Shown here: piece by piece, positions 52,405 to 62,581 of the stretch
Layout of the letters: every line of letters starts with the position of its first letter
Numbering within the stretch: the first letter of the stretch is position 1
Source of the DNA: a virus
Length of the DNA: 64,000 nt
Virus record (IMG/VR): IMGVR_UViG_3300046062_000024
Direction: 5' to 3' (one strand)
Position numbers and translations under genes: made by a program
Notes under the pieces: generated by a model
Database searches by the model: none
The model's input: only the letters and a program-made list of their open reading frames with translations
What the model was told of the DNA's origin: nothing

Positions 52405-52941
52405 GTGGAGTCGATGCTCAACTGGCCCGAGGGCTTCCAGCGCACCCCACCGGAGCAGCGCGAATCCGCGACGAAGTTCTCCAAGAGCTTCAGCGGGACG
52501 AAAAGCGAGTTGGACGCCGAGATGGAGCGGCTCGGCGTCGACGGATGGGCGCTCGACGACGTGTCCGGTTCCAGCGGCGACCCCGGCGTCGTCGTGCGCT
52601 GGCGGAAAGACGGCACCGACTACGCCGTCGCCTGCGACTTCTACACCTCGAAGCGGTCGAACCTCCGCGCCACATACCTCTGGTTGAACGAAACACGGAT
52701 GCGGAACCAGCGGCCCGTCGAGACCGGCCAGGACCAACTCGCCGCCGCACAGATACCCTCGAAGGACGCCGACGTGGCCGCCGACCCGGAGCCGCACGTC
52801 GTCCTCGGCGTCGAGCCCGACGCCGACGAGGACGACGTGATGGACGCCTTCAGGGAGAAGGTGAAAGAAGTCCATCCCGACAACGACGGCAGCCAAGCAG
52901 CGTTCAGCCGAGTCAAGCGAGCCCGAGACAAACTCCTCTAA
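52405..52941 (+). CDS. J-domain (DnaJ-type) protein with phage-type N-terminal domain
   Basis: PHVVLGV....DVMDAFREKVKEVHPD..G...AF..VKRA. Confidence 0.85.
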   Translation: MESMLNWPEGFQRTPPEQRESATKFSKSFSGTKSELDAEMERLGVDGWALDDVSGSSGDPGVVVRWRKDGTDYAVACDFYTSKRSNLRATYLWLNETRMRNQRPVETGQDQLAAAQIPSKDADVAADPEPHVVLGVEPDADEDDVMDAFREKVKEVHPDNDGSQAAFSRVKRARDKLL

Positions 52942-52944
52942 ATT

Positions 52945-53334
52945 ATGGGAGCGACACGTACACCCGACGACCTCGCCCAGCCAGTCGAGGAGATGACGAA
53001 CGCCGCGCGCCGCGGCCGAATCGCCCACATCGTCGGCTGTAAGACGAACTGGGAGTCGCCGCTCGACAAACGAACGCTGAACAGCGTCCACGCCTACCTC
53101 ACCGGCGAGTTCTACACCCCACCGGGCGCGCTCAACACCCCGGAGAGCCCCGATTTCGAGCCCAGAGCGGACATCATGGTCGCGGTCGCCGCTGAAGCCG
53201 ACATCGCCGACCCCGAGTCGTGGGCCGTGGACGGCGAGTCCACGATGCCGAAGGGCTTTCGGTCGCACGAACTCGTCGCACTCATCGAGGAACTCAAAGA
53301 ACGCGGCGACCGGCGGTCATGGACAAATGACTAA
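52945..53334 (+). CDS. Hypothetical protein (129 aa)
   Basis: ORF track. Confidence 0.7.
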   Translation: MGATRTPDDLAQPVEEMTNAARRGRIAHIVGCKTNWESPLDKRTLNSVHAYLTGEFYTPPGALNTPESPDFEPRADIMVAVAAEADIADPESWAVDGESTMPKGFRSHELVALIEELKERGDRRSWTND

Positions 53335-53749
53335 TTCAAATCGAAAAGGTGCAACAAAAGAACGCGAGTTGACGAGCTATCTCGACGACGAGGGGTGGGC
53401 GGTGATACGCGCGCCGGCGTCGGGCTCGGCGACAGCGCGAGAGCTACCCGACGTACTCGCGGGGAACGGCGACGTGTTCTACGCCATCGAGGCGAAGGCC
53501 TCCAGCGGCGACCCCATCTACTACGAGCAAGCCGAGGTCGAGGCCTTGACGTTTTTCGCCGACGGGTTCCGCGCGACGCCGCTCCTCGGCGCGCGATTTG
53601 ACGAGGCCTACGGGGACCCGTCGTATGGCGAGCCGTGGCCCGGGTGGTATTTCTTCGAGCCCGGGAGTCTGCATAGAACGGACGGCGGCAGTTACCGGGT
53701 GAAGAAACAATACGCTGAAACGGACGGGACGCCAATCATTGAGATGTGA
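53327..53749 (+). CDS. hjc: Archaeal Holliday junction resolvase
   Basis: [34 protein letters not shown]. Confidence 0.92.
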   Translation: MTNSNRKGATKERELTSYLDDEGWAVIRAPASGSATARELPDVLAGNGDVFYAIEAKASSGDPIYYEQAEVEALTFFADGFRATPLLGARFDEAYGDPSYGEPWPGWYFFEPGSLHRTDGGSYRVKKQYAETDGTPIIEM

Positions 53750-53923
53750 CGAACCTCAGCGTCGGCGCTGTCCTCGTCCGCGCGGCGTGGTTTGCCGTAC
53801 TCGTGTTTACCGCGTACTGGGTCTTTATCCTGTGGCGGCTCTATCGCGGACGTGAGCGGCTGTAGCCCGCGTCCGGTCGGCGACCCCTCGGGTTGAAGTT
53901 CGTGGGGCGGTAACGTGGCCGCT

Positions 53924-55003
53924 ATGGACCAAGACGTAGTAGAGATACGGCCCGACAGACCAATCACGACGATGGGTTTCCACACGGTCGACCCCGGTGA
54001 CGTGTACGAGCTACACGACTGGCCCACTTCGGTCGAGGGCGCCGACGAACCCGTCACCGTCGCCGTCATGGACTCCGGCATCCACGAGGACGCCGTCTCC
54101 GACCACCCGTGGTTCACAGAGGCCGAAGTCGTCGAGCGGTACGACGCCACCGACACCGGCACCGGCGGCGACGCAGTCGGCCACGGAACCGGGTGTGCGA
54201 GCCTCATAGCGAAAGCCGCGACGAACGCCAGCGACCACCTGGAGACCGACGTGCCGTCCATCGAGTTCCACGACGTGCGCATCTTCGGCGACAGCGGCCG
54301 TACCGGAACGACCGCTATCCTCGACGCCTACAGGTACCTGCTCGATAACGCCAGCGACATCGACATCGTGAACATGTCGTGGGGAAGCCGGCGCGACGTA
54401 CCCGCCATCAACCAGCCGCACGAGAAGCTAATCGACGCCGGCGTCCACGACTGCGTCGCAGCCGGGAACAGCGGAGCGGACGGTGGGTCGCCGGCGACGG
54501 CCGACGGCGCGTTCAGCGTCGGGGCGTTGACGGAGGACGGCGAGCCGACGCGGTTCTCGTCGTTCAATCCAGAGAAGGGCAACCCGGATGTGGCCACCGC
54601 AGGGAAGGACATCAAGATGGCGCGCGCGCCGGGTACGTCGATGGGCCGACCGCTCGACGACGATTTCACGAAGGCGAGCGGCACGAGTTTCGCCAGCCCG
54701 CTCACGGGGGGCGGATACGTGCTGGCGCACCATCAGAAGCCGTCGTCGTGGGACAAACGCTTCATGGGCGCCGCGACGGGCATCCCGGGGACGCCGAAGG
54801 ACGGCGGCGGCGTGCTGAAGCTCTCGCCGGCGCTGGACGGCCGCCAGCCGGATTCGCCGGACCCGACGGTGAGCGCCAAAGCGTGGGGGTTCAGTGCGGG
54901 CGAGGTGGTGTATCTCGGCGCCGACTGGATACCGGACGGGGCGGAAAAGGCGGTACTTCGGGAGGAGTCGAAGCGCGGCGCCACTATTGAGTTCCGCGAA
55001 TAG
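53924..55003 (+). CDS. Second S8 subtilisin-like protease (359 aa)
   Basis: VAVMDSG, GHGTG, AAGN, SGTSFASP. Confidence 0.9.
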   Translation: MDQDVVEIRPDRPITTMGFHTVDPGDVYELHDWPTSVEGADEPVTVAVMDSGIHEDAVSDHPWFTEAEVVERYDATDTGTGGDAVGHGTGCASLIAKAATNASDHLETDVPSIEFHDVRIFGDSGRTGTTAILDAYRYLLDNASDIDIVNMSWGSRRDVPAINQPHEKLIDAGVHDCVAAGNSGADGGSPATADGAFSVGALTEDGEPTRFSSFNPEKGNPDVATAGKDIKMARAPGTSMGRPLDDDFTKASGTSFASPLTGGGYVLAHHQKPSSWDKRFMGAATGIPGTPKDGGGVLKLSPALDGRQPDSPDPTVSAKAWGFSAGEVVYLGADWIPDGAEKAVLREESKRGATIEFRE

Positions 55004-55052
55004 CGCACCCGAGGTTTAAGGTTCTCCTGCCGGAACGTACCGGGCAAGAACT

Positions 55053-57782
55053 ATGGCTCTCACAAGAGGCGGCGTCAACGGCGGCGGCGGCGGCGATGAC
55101 GACGACGACGGTGGCGGTGGAGGCGGCGGCGGTGGCGGCGGTGGCGGCGGTTTCACGTTGAGCGGCCTCGGACTCAACGGCGGCGGTGGTGGTGGCGGTG
55201 GTAGCGACGACGACGACGATGACGGTGGCGGTGGCGGAGGCGGCGGTGGCGGAGGCGGCGGTGGCGGGTTCCTGTCGGGCGTGAAGGACGCCGGCAGCGA
55301 CTTCGTCGACGACACGCAGGACGCGGTCGAGGACGCGACCGGCGGCGACGACGGAGGCGGGGTCTCCGACATCGCCATCCCGGACCTCGGTCTCGGCGGC
55401 GGCGGCCTCGTCGAGACCGGCCCCGGGCCTGAGCCCGAGGAGCCAGTTAGCGGCGGCGTCGGCGTCGATACACCCGACGTGTCGACGCCAGATACCGGCG
55501 GCATCCCGGACGAGGTGGGCGTCCCGTTCCCGGATGTGACGACGGGCTCCGGGCCGGAGACCGACGGCCCGAGCGGCGGCGTCTCCGTTGGCCTGGGAGA
55601 GAAAGAAGTCGGCATCCCGGACGCGGACCTTTCGGGAGCCCCCGACTTGAGCGATATAGACTACCCGAACAACGACACGCCGAACAGCCCGGAGGCGGAC
55701 GACCCGACATCCGGCTCCCCGGACTACTCCGATGTCCCGATTCCCGGCCTTAGTCGCCGCGGCGGCGGCCCGGACGTGAACGACGTGGACGACCCGGACG
55801 CCGACGCGCCGGATAGCCCGGATGCCGACACCCCCGACGAGCCGGACGACGGCGGCGGGTGGCTGTCGGGCGCAAAGGACTTCGGCAGTGACCTTGTCGG
55901 CGGCGGTGGGGACGTGGTGGACGAGACTGTCGGCGGCACGCAGGATTTCCTCGGCGACGTGGGCGGCGGCGTCGAGGACGTAGCTGGCGGCGGCGTGGAC
56001 ACGGTGACGGATGTCGGTGGGGGCCTCATCGGACTCGGCGCCGAGGGGTACGACACGGCAGCCGGCGCCGGCGAGGAGTTTGTCGGCGGCACGGAGGACG
56101 TGGTGACGGGAACGGGCGAGGCGCTCCACGAGGGCGGCGAAACGCTCTACGAGGGCGGCGAGACGCTCGTCAGCGGCACGGGGGGCGTGGCGAGGGAGAG
56201 CGGCGAGGCGCTCTACGAGGGCGGCGAGACGCTCTACGCGGGCGGCGAGGAGGTCGTGGGCGGCACGGGGGACGTGATAGAGGAGAGCGGCGAGGCGCTG
56301 TACGAAGGCGGCCAGGATGTCGTGAGCGGGACCGGAGACGTGATAGAGGAGAGCGGCGAGACGCTCTACGAGGGCGGCGAGGAGGTCGTCGGCGGCACGC
56401 TGGACGTGATAGAGCGGTTGGCCGGCATGGGCGGCGGGCAGCCAACCGGCGGTGGGCCTGTGGAGGCGAACGTGTCCCTGGACGATGGGCAGTCGGGCGG
56501 GCCCGGCGACCTGGGCCGCACGGCCGGTATATGGGGAACCGGCGACACGGAAGATGAGGAGGTCGGCGAGGACGGGGGCGGCGAATCGCAGGGCCCCGTC
56601 ATCGACGAGGTCGCCCACCCGGACGAGGCGGAACCGGGGACGAACTACAGCGTCGAGGTTCCGATTCGCAACCCCGGCGACGAGCCGAAAACCGTCACGG
56701 TGCGGGTCGACGGCGAGGACCGCACCCAGACCATCCCCCCGGGCGGCGTGGCGACGTTTAGCTACAAGAAACGGAAGAACCGCGCCCAAGTCACCCGCCA
56801 CGCCGTTGACGTAATCGACCAGAAAACCGGGAAATCGGAGTCCTACATCATCCCCGTTAACAACTCGGAGGAGCAGTCGAGCGGCGGCGGCGGGGGCTTC
56901 CCGACACCACCCTTCCCGTCACCCCCGCCAACCGCGGCGGGAGCCCCGCCGGCGCCGTCGGGGGCGAGTCAAGTGAGGCATGACGTGCCGATTGGTATAC
57001 CGGAGGTCGCGTACCCATCGACGGTCCCCGTTGGCGAGGAGGTAAGCGGCCGAATCGCCGTAGCGAACGCGACTGACGACCGCCGGTCGGACTTCGTGGT
57101 CGTGGGCGACATGACGCAAGGCCTGACGGTGCCATCCGGGCAGTCGGCAACGACGGAACACGAGTTCGTCCTGAACGAACCGGGGCTGCACACGTTCAAC
57201 ATCAGACTCGAAAACCAGCCCGGCGGGAACGAACTCGACACCCACAGGGTCAACGTTGAGGCTGTCCAGACGCCCGGCGGCGGACAAGACCCCGCCCAGC
57301 CCCCAGGCGGCGGCGGCGGTGGCGGCGGAACGTCGCCGTACCCGCCGACCCAGCCCCCCGGAGGCGGCGGTGGCTATCCGTCTCCGCCGACCGCGCCCGG
57401 CGGCGGCACGTCGCCCTACCCGCCAACACAACCCGGCGGCGGTGGGTCTCCGTACCCACCGACCCAGCCCGGCCGCGGCGGTGGCGGCGGAGGCGGTGGT
57501 GGGGGCGGCGGCTTCCCCACCCTCCCAGGACAGCCCGGCGGCGGAGGCGGCGGTGTCGTCGCTCCGATTTCGCCGCCCGGCGGTGGTGGCGGCGGGGATG
57601 GCGGGGACGGGGGCCTCGGTGTCGCCGAACTCATCCCGCTGCTACAGATGATGCAGCAGGACGACGGCGACGGTGGCGACGGCGGCGGGCAGCCGCCGCA
57701 ACGCCGCGGCCCACCGCCGCTCGCCGCCGGCGGCCCCGAGCCGACGATAGTCGACCCGCTCGGCATCATCCCGGGCATCTGA
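55053..57782 (+). CDS. Large Gly/Asp/Pro-rich protein with 11/22-aa repeats and two Ig/CARDB-like domains (909 aa)
   Basis: Poly-Gly tracts; EEVVGGTGDVIEESGEALYEGG repeats; YSVEVPIRNPGDEP..VTVRVDG and VSGRIAVANAT domains; TTTAAG at 55015. Confidence 0.75.
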   Translation: MALTRGGVNGGGGGDDDDDGGGGGGGGGGGGGGFTLSGLGLNGGGGGGGGSDDDDDDGGGGGGGGGGGGGGGFLSGVKDAGSDFVDDTQDAVEDATGGDDGGGVSDIAIPDLGLGGGGLVETGPGPEPEEPVSGGVGVDTPDVSTPDTGGIPDEVGVPFPDVTTGSGPETDGPSGGVSVGLGEKEVGIPDADLSGAPDLSDIDYPNNDTPNSPEADDPTSGSPDYSDVPIPGLSRRGGGPDVNDVDDPDADAPDSPDADTPDEPDDGGGWLSGAKDFGSDLVGGGGDVVDETVGGTQDFLGDVGGGVEDVAGGGVDTVTDVGGGLIGLGAEGYDTAAGAGEEFVGGTEDVVTGTGEALHEGGETLYEGGETLVSGTGGVARESGEALYEGGETLYAGGEEVVGGTGDVIEESGEALYEGGQDVVSGTGDVIEESGETLYEGGEEVVGGTLDVIERLAGMGGGQPTGGGPVEANVSLDDGQSGGPGDLGRTAGIWGTGDTEDEEVGEDGGGESQGPVIDEVAHPDEAEPGTNYSVEVPIRNPGDEPKTVTVRVDGEDRTQTIPPGGVATFSYKKRKNRAQVTRHAVDVIDQKTGKSESYIIPVNNSEEQSSGGGGGFPTPPFPSPPPTAAGAPPAPSGASQVRHDVPIGIPEVAYPSTVPVGEEVSGRIAVANATDDRRSDFVVVGDMTQGLTVPSGQSATTEHEFVLNEPGLHTFNIRLENQPGGNELDTHRVNVEAVQTPGGGQDPAQPPGGGGGGGGTSPYPPTQPPGGGGGYPSPPTAPGGGTSPYPPTQPGGGGSPYPPTQPGRGGGGGGGGGGGGFPTLPGQPGGGGGGVVAPISPPGGGGGGDGGDGGLGVAELIPLLQMMQQDDGDGGDGGGQPPQRRGPPPLAAGGPEPTIVDPLGIIPGI

Positions 57783-57788
57783 ACTGAT

Positions 57789-58409
57789 GTGGCGCCCGGA
57801 GGCGGCGCGATGGTAGGCGTCCCGGAGCCGCTCGCCGACGGGCTGAACGGGTTCGTCGCGTCGTTCGACGTAACGGATAGCCTCGGCGACACGCGGTACT
57901 GGACGATGTGGGACGGGAAGTTCGACGCGGTCCCCGGCATCAGCGGCCTCTGGTTCCCCACGGAGGGGTTGATGGTACTGGAACAGCGCGGGATGACCCA
58001 TCACAACGCCGCCTACCGAAACGTCTACGACCGCCTCGGCCACATCTCGCCCGTAATGGCGTGGGCCTCCGGGTCCAACACCAACAACCGATACCTTGAC
58101 ATCCCATCGTCGGCGGGCGGACTGTATCAGGCCTTGTCCCGTCTGGACGCAGCGGATGACGTTGCGCGGTGGAGCAGCGGCTCGTATCTCTCCCCCGAGG
58201 ACGTGTGGGCAGTCATCTACGCGGCCCGGCTCGTGGATGCCCCGCCAGAAACGAACGTGACAGCGAGCTACGACCACCACGGTATCGCCAGCGTCGACCC
58301 GGGCTACTCCGAACAGTCGCGGTTCACGCTGGAGGACGCCTACACCGAGTTACAGTTCAGCCCCGCCGGCAAGCCGGAGCCGAGAATCGACAGAGGGCAG
58401 TACCTATGA
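57789..58409 (+). CDS. Hypothetical protein (about 200 aa)
   Basis: ORF track; ATGA overlap downstream. Confidence 0.7.
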   Translation: MAPGGGAMVGVPEPLADGLNGFVASFDVTDSLGDTRYWTMWDGKFDAVPGISGLWFPTEGLMVLEQRGMTHHNAAYRNVYDRLGHISPVMAWASGSNTNNRYLDIPSSAGGLYQALSRLDAADDVARWSSGSYLSPEDVWAVIYAARLVDAPPETNVTASYDHHGIASVDPGYSEQSRFTLEDAYTELQFSPAGKPEPRIDRGQYL

Positions 58410-59059
58410 CCGTCGACCTGTTTCACGTCACTCGGGTCCGGGATGCCGAGAGCGTCTTCATCGACGGGCTCGTCGCGGACTCCGAGACGCCGGCGCGGAA
58501 AGAGAACCGGGAGATAATACAGGAGGAGGATGCCGACCCGATGGCGCCGATGAACGAGTCGGCGACGGTGCAGGCCGAGCGGTACTTCGACGAGGTCATC
58601 GCTGACGCCAAGCGCGCCGTCGATGGGGTCGAGGAGTATCCCGCCCATCAGCCGGCGAACTTCTTTTGGCCGTCGGAGAATCAGGCGAGACAGTCCGCGT
58701 CGGGTGTCTCGTGGGGCGGGGTCATCGTCGCCGTGGACCGCCACGCGATGCCGGAGGCGTGTCGGTGTGCGATTGCGCCGACCGACGGGGTGGGTCAGAT
58801 ATTCACAAAATATTACGACACGTTCCGTGACCACGACACGTTCGACCGGGAGAAACAGTACGAACGTGCAAAAGAATGGTGGCAGGAGGTCGAGATGTAC
58901 GGCGGCGAGAACCGTCGGAACCACGAGATATGGTGCGACTGCGACGTGCCGCCGCACGCTATCGAGTGGATACACAACCCGCGAACCGAGAGCCGCATCT
59001 ACGAGCCCCCCGAACCGGGCCAATCACGGCTGGTGGAGTTCGAGGTGGACGATGGTTGA
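58406..59059 (+). CDS. Possible ADP-ribosyltransferase/KptA-like fold protein (217 aa)
   Basis: LFHVT...SVFIDGL at the N-terminus, NFFWPS, VIVAVD, EIWCDCDVPPHAI at the C-terminus. Confidence 0.45.
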   Translation: MTVDLFHVTRVRDAESVFIDGLVADSETPARKENREIIQEEDADPMAPMNESATVQAERYFDEVIADAKRAVDGVEEYPAHQPANFFWPSENQARQSASGVSWGGVIVAVDRHAMPEACRCAIAPTDGVGQIFTKYYDTFRDHDTFDREKQYERAKEWWQEVEMYGGENRRNHEIWCDCDVPPHAIEWIHNPRTESRIYEPPEPGQSRLVEFEVDDG

Positions 59060-59540
59060 CCCGGCGTTGTTCGAGGAGTACGTCGAGGAAATCGACGGGT
59101 GGCCGGGGAGTACCATCGAGTCGAGGGAGAACATCGGCGTCTCGATGCACGCCATCGACTTCTCGCTCGACTGGCCGAACGAGGCGCCGGCGGCAAAACA
59201 CCCACTCCGGTACGGCGCCGTCGAGCGGTCTGCGGTCATCTTCGAGGACGACCGGACCGTTGACGAGTGGGAGCTACGACTCGCGCCCATCCAGCAGGCT
59301 GACAACGGCGACGAGGAGGCGGTTATACGACGCCTGGAGAGCATCTTCACCCCGGAGGTGGGGTACGGCGTGAACGTGTTGTTGGCGTCTGACGGCGACA
59401 CATGGACGCCGCACGCCCATCCTGCGCGCGGCGGGCCGCGCCGCCAGCCCGCAGACGACGTTCTCCCGGACCTCCGCTCGCTGTGGGACCGCTACCGGGA
59501 CCTCGTCACGAGCGACCCGTTCGGAGTGGTCGCGCGATGA
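59052..59540 (+). CDS. Hypothetical protein (162 aa)
   Basis: Start at MVDPALF. Confidence 0.7.
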   Translation: MVDPALFEEYVEEIDGWPGSTIESRENIGVSMHAIDFSLDWPNEAPAAKHPLRYGAVERSAVIFEDDRTVDEWELRLAPIQQADNGDEEAVIRRLESIFTPEVGYGVNVLLASDGDTWTPHAHPARGGPRRQPADDVLPDLRSLWDRYRDLVTSDPFGVVAR

Positions 59541-60262
59541 TGGAGTTGTGGCGCAAGGGCGTCCCGTCGATTGGGGAGACGTGGCCGCGACGGTTCCACT
59601 TCCGGCGCTCAACCGGGGGTCTCGGCGCCGGCGTCTACACGTTCCGCACGGAATCGGCCGCCACGCGGAACAACGAGGACCGCCGGTTCGGGTCGAGCGA
59701 GATATACCGGCTCGAAAACGCCGTGGAGAACCCGATTCAGCCGCGGACGAGGGACGCGACGCAACTCTTGAACGATTTCTCCCGGAAGCTGGCCCTCGTC
59801 GCCGCGGAGGTCCGCAGCGGTGAGGTGTCGTGGGAGTACGTCGAGGAGCGCGGTGCGTCCCTCCGGTTGACGCTAACCGGCGGGTTCGGCGGCCAGCCGA
59901 GGGTTGACGATGGGAACGACAGCCTCGGGCATGACATCATCCCGCTGCTCGGGGACATCCCGGAGTTGCGTGAGACGTGGGGGTACGATTCGGACGGGTT
60001 CGTCCAGGACGCCATCCAGGCCGCGAAAGCCGCAAACCGGGACATTGACCGTGGTCGGAACTCCCACGGCACGCAGCCGCTCAACCACCTGTTGTACCCC
60101 GAGTACGACGGCGTATGCCCCCACGAGGGGGCGGGTGGCGACAGCGGCAAGTGGGGGTGTGTGGTACTCCTCGAACGAGTCCAGGAGTGTGTGGACCGGG
60201 AGTTCACGTATAGCGACGAAATCGAGGCCGCGACGCTGAACGACTGCTTTGGAGGACCCTAA
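59537..60262 (+). CDS. Hypothetical protein (241 aa)
   Basis: ATGA overlap. Confidence 0.7.
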   Translation: MMELWRKGVPSIGETWPRRFHFRRSTGGLGAGVYTFRTESAATRNNEDRRFGSSEIYRLENAVENPIQPRTRDATQLLNDFSRKLALVAAEVRSGEVSWEYVEERGASLRLTLTGGFGGQPRVDDGNDSLGHDIIPLLGDIPELRETWGYDSDGFVQDAIQAAKAANRDIDRGRNSHGTQPLNHLLYPEYDGVCPHEGAGGDSGKWGCVVLLERVQECVDREFTYSDEIEAATLNDCFGGP

Positions 60263-60265
60263 CCC

Positions 60266-60544
60266 ATGCGATACTCGGACGAACTCGGACGGGAGTACAC
60301 CAAGCAAGAAGCCCGATTCTGGCGGGAGGTGAAACACGCGATTCAAGCCAATCGCGGGGTGGCGTCGGTCTACCCTGTCGCACAGAATATGGGCATCCCG
60401 AAGCACCGAGAGCAACAGTTGGTTCGGACGTGGATGAACGACGGCCTCGTGCGCGGGCTGGACGGCGGGACTGCCCGATTGACGCTCACCCCGTTCGGTC
60501 GGCGGTTCACGTTCGAGGACCGATACAGCGACATCATGGAGTAG
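60266..60544 (+). CDS. Small winged-helix protein (92 aa)
   Basis: VAQNMGIP..QQLVRTWMNDGLVR....LTLTPFG. Confidence 0.6.
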   Translation: MRYSDELGREYTKQEARFWREVKHAIQANRGVASVYPVAQNMGIPKHREQQLVRTWMNDGLVRGLDGGTARLTLTPFGRRFTFEDRYSDIME

Positions 60545-60599
60545 CGGGTTTAAGCCAACCGAAGGGACGTAAACGAGGACTCCGTAGGTATGGGTGTAG

Positions 60600-61208
60600 A
60601 TGAACTCCGACCAAGCACTCCATCACCTCAACGAGGTACGGGCGAACGTGGACGGTGACATCGCCGAGTACGTGGATACCATCGCGCAACTGGTCCTGCT
60701 GAATCAGGACATCGACTCGCCGATGCTCGGAGCGAAGGTCACGGTGTACCTGGACCCACCGACCGAGAGCCACAGCGTCCCCGCCGATGAGGTGCCGGAC
60801 GACATCGACCCCGACCGCGACGACGTGACCTACTACTCCGGGTACGAGAATGACGGCGAGGAGATGGTCCGCTACCGACTCAAGACCGACCCCGAACACC
60901 CCGACGCCATCCCGGTGGAGGGGCTCACGTTCGAGGGCAACGTCGCCGAGAGCGCGCCCGATGGACCGCTGTGGGACCCGAACAAGGACGAGTACACGGT
61001 CAAAGAGGACTACCCGATGGGGACCGTCAACGCGGCCATCCCCGAACAGTGGGAGGATGGCGGCATCGACGCGCTGTTCTCCGAGGGGTACTGTTCATCG
61101 ACCGAGGACCGGACGAGTCTCGTTCCGCACAAGGGCGATGGTACAGAGACAGCGTGCTACCGCCCGGGGTGGGACGATGCTCAAGTGTTCCACCTCGACC
61201 GCGAGTAG
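60600..61208 (+). CDS. Acidic hypothetical protein (202 aa)
   Basis: ORF track; TTTAAG box upstream. Confidence 0.75.
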   Translation: MNSDQALHHLNEVRANVDGDIAEYVDTIAQLVLLNQDIDSPMLGAKVTVYLDPPTESHSVPADEVPDDIDPDRDDVTYYSGYENDGEEMVRYRLKTDPEHPDAIPVEGLTFEGNVAESAPDGPLWDPNKDEYTVKEDYPMGTVNAAIPEQWEDGGIDALFSEGYCSSTEDRTSLVPHKGDGTETACYRPGWDDAQVFHLDRE

Positions 61209-61209
61209 T

Positions 61210-61836
61210 CTACTCCTCTCGCTTCTCGTCGTCGGGGTGGTTCGACATGACGGTCTCGTGGTCGCGGCCGAGGAGTAGCGCGGTGGCTGCGTCCTCGTGG
61301 ATGATGTCGTCTACGACGCCGTCTTGGACGATGTCGCCGTTGTTACGGATGTAGACCGGCTCGCCTTCGTAGTCGTACTCGTTCCCGTGGCTGTCGGTGC
61401 CGCCGAACGCGCCGGGGGTGGGGAGGCTGACTTCTCTCGTGTGGCCGTCGATGTAGAACACTGCGCCCTCGACGTGTGCCTGCGGTTCGGCGTCGCCGCC
61501 GACCAGTACCTCGTCGGGCTCCGACGGGACCATTGCCTCGACCTCCTGTTGGGCGTCGTGGGCGCACTCGGCCGAGCAGAAGTACCGCGACCCGTACACG
61601 TCGTTGTCCTCGTACTCGGCGTGGAAGAACTGGACGGCGCCGCCGGCGTCCTCGACGGCGCGCCCGTGGGGCCGTACCTCGCCGCAGTGTTCACAGCCCT
61701 CCTCGACATCCTGGACGGTCGGGAGTATCTCCATCATGCCGTCCAGTACGTCGCTCCAGGAGTCATGCGTGGGGGCGCGGTGGTCGCCGAGTCGTTCCTT
61801 GGTGTCCTCGCCGACGGTGATACTCGTGTCACCCAT
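61210..61836 (-). CDS. RHH-like N-terminus plus CxxC..FCSxxC zinc motif (208 aa)
   Basis: DTSITVGEDTKERL; CEHCG...YFCSAEC. Confidence 0.65.
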   Translation of the reverse strand: MGDTSITVGEDTKERLGDHRAPTHDSWSDVLDGMMEILPTVQDVEEGCEHCGEVRPHGRAVEDAGGAVQFFHAEYEDNDVYGSRYFCSAECAHDAQQEVEAMVPSEPDEVLVGGDAEPQAHVEGAVFYIDGHTREVSLPTPGAFGGTDSHGNEYDYEGEPVYIRNNGDIVQDGVVDDIIHEDAATALLLGRDHETVMSNHPDDEKREE

Positions 61837-61960
61837 AGAAGAAATTGGTGGCAATTTGTCTTATGCCTTACGAAAAACCGCTTCGGTCCTAACGTTGCGC
61901 GCTCCATCTTACGGATGTTCCCCCACCTCTAACTTCATCGCCTACAAAAAGGGGGTAACG

Positions 61961-62581
61961 ATGGGCACCACCGACGATTTCGTCCTCGACATGCACTTCG
62001 CGGACTGGCTGTGGAACCACATCAGAGCCTCCCCCCGCATCTACTGGCCCGACGACCAGAAACTCATCTACATCACGAACCCCGGCCGGAACCAGGAGAA
62101 ATACTACCGCGACGGGGCCTGGAACAAGGACAACTGGCGCGACTGGTATAGTAACATGGGCGCGCTCGGCCCGACGATGACGATGAGCCCCATGATGGAT
62201 TTCCACGACGATAAAGTACGCGAGGTCGCCCTCGCGGGCACGCCCTACACCACCATCGGGTCGTGGTACACCTTCGAGATGCGCGAGAAAGAAGGCGACT
62301 CGGCGTCGTTCGTCCCCATCCGAGTGCCCGTGCCGCGCGACTGGGAAGGGGAGGTCCGCAAGTGGGCCGACGACAATTACGGCCGCGTAACGCGCGTCAA
62401 GCCCGTCGAGTTCACGGAACGCTTCGCCGACGCACTCCCAGCGCACGAGGCCCGTAGCGCCGCCCGCGACATCAAGGACGTACACGTCCGCTTCGAGAAC
62501 GTCGAGAGCGAACGGGAAGCCAAACGACTCGTGGAGGACGCGACCGATTACGCCGAACGCGGCGCACGGGCGGTGATGTGA
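61961..62581 (+). CDS. Hypothetical protein (206 aa)
   Basis: Start at MGTTDDF. Confidence 0.75.
   Translation: MGTTDDFVLDMHFADWLWNHIRASPRIYWPDDQKLIYITNPGRNQEKYYRDGAWNKDNWRDWYSNMGALGPTMTMSPMMDFHDDKVREVALAGTPYTTIGSWYTFEMREKEGDSASFVPIRVPVPRDWEGEVRKWADDNYGRVTRVKPVEFTERFADALPAHEARSAARDIKDVHVRFENVESEREAKRLVEDATDYAERGARAVM

Noticed and set aside
54984-56801. 605-aa minus-strand ORF and GGC/GGT microsatellites
   Set aside because: Antisense of the poly-Gly coding region of 55053..57782.
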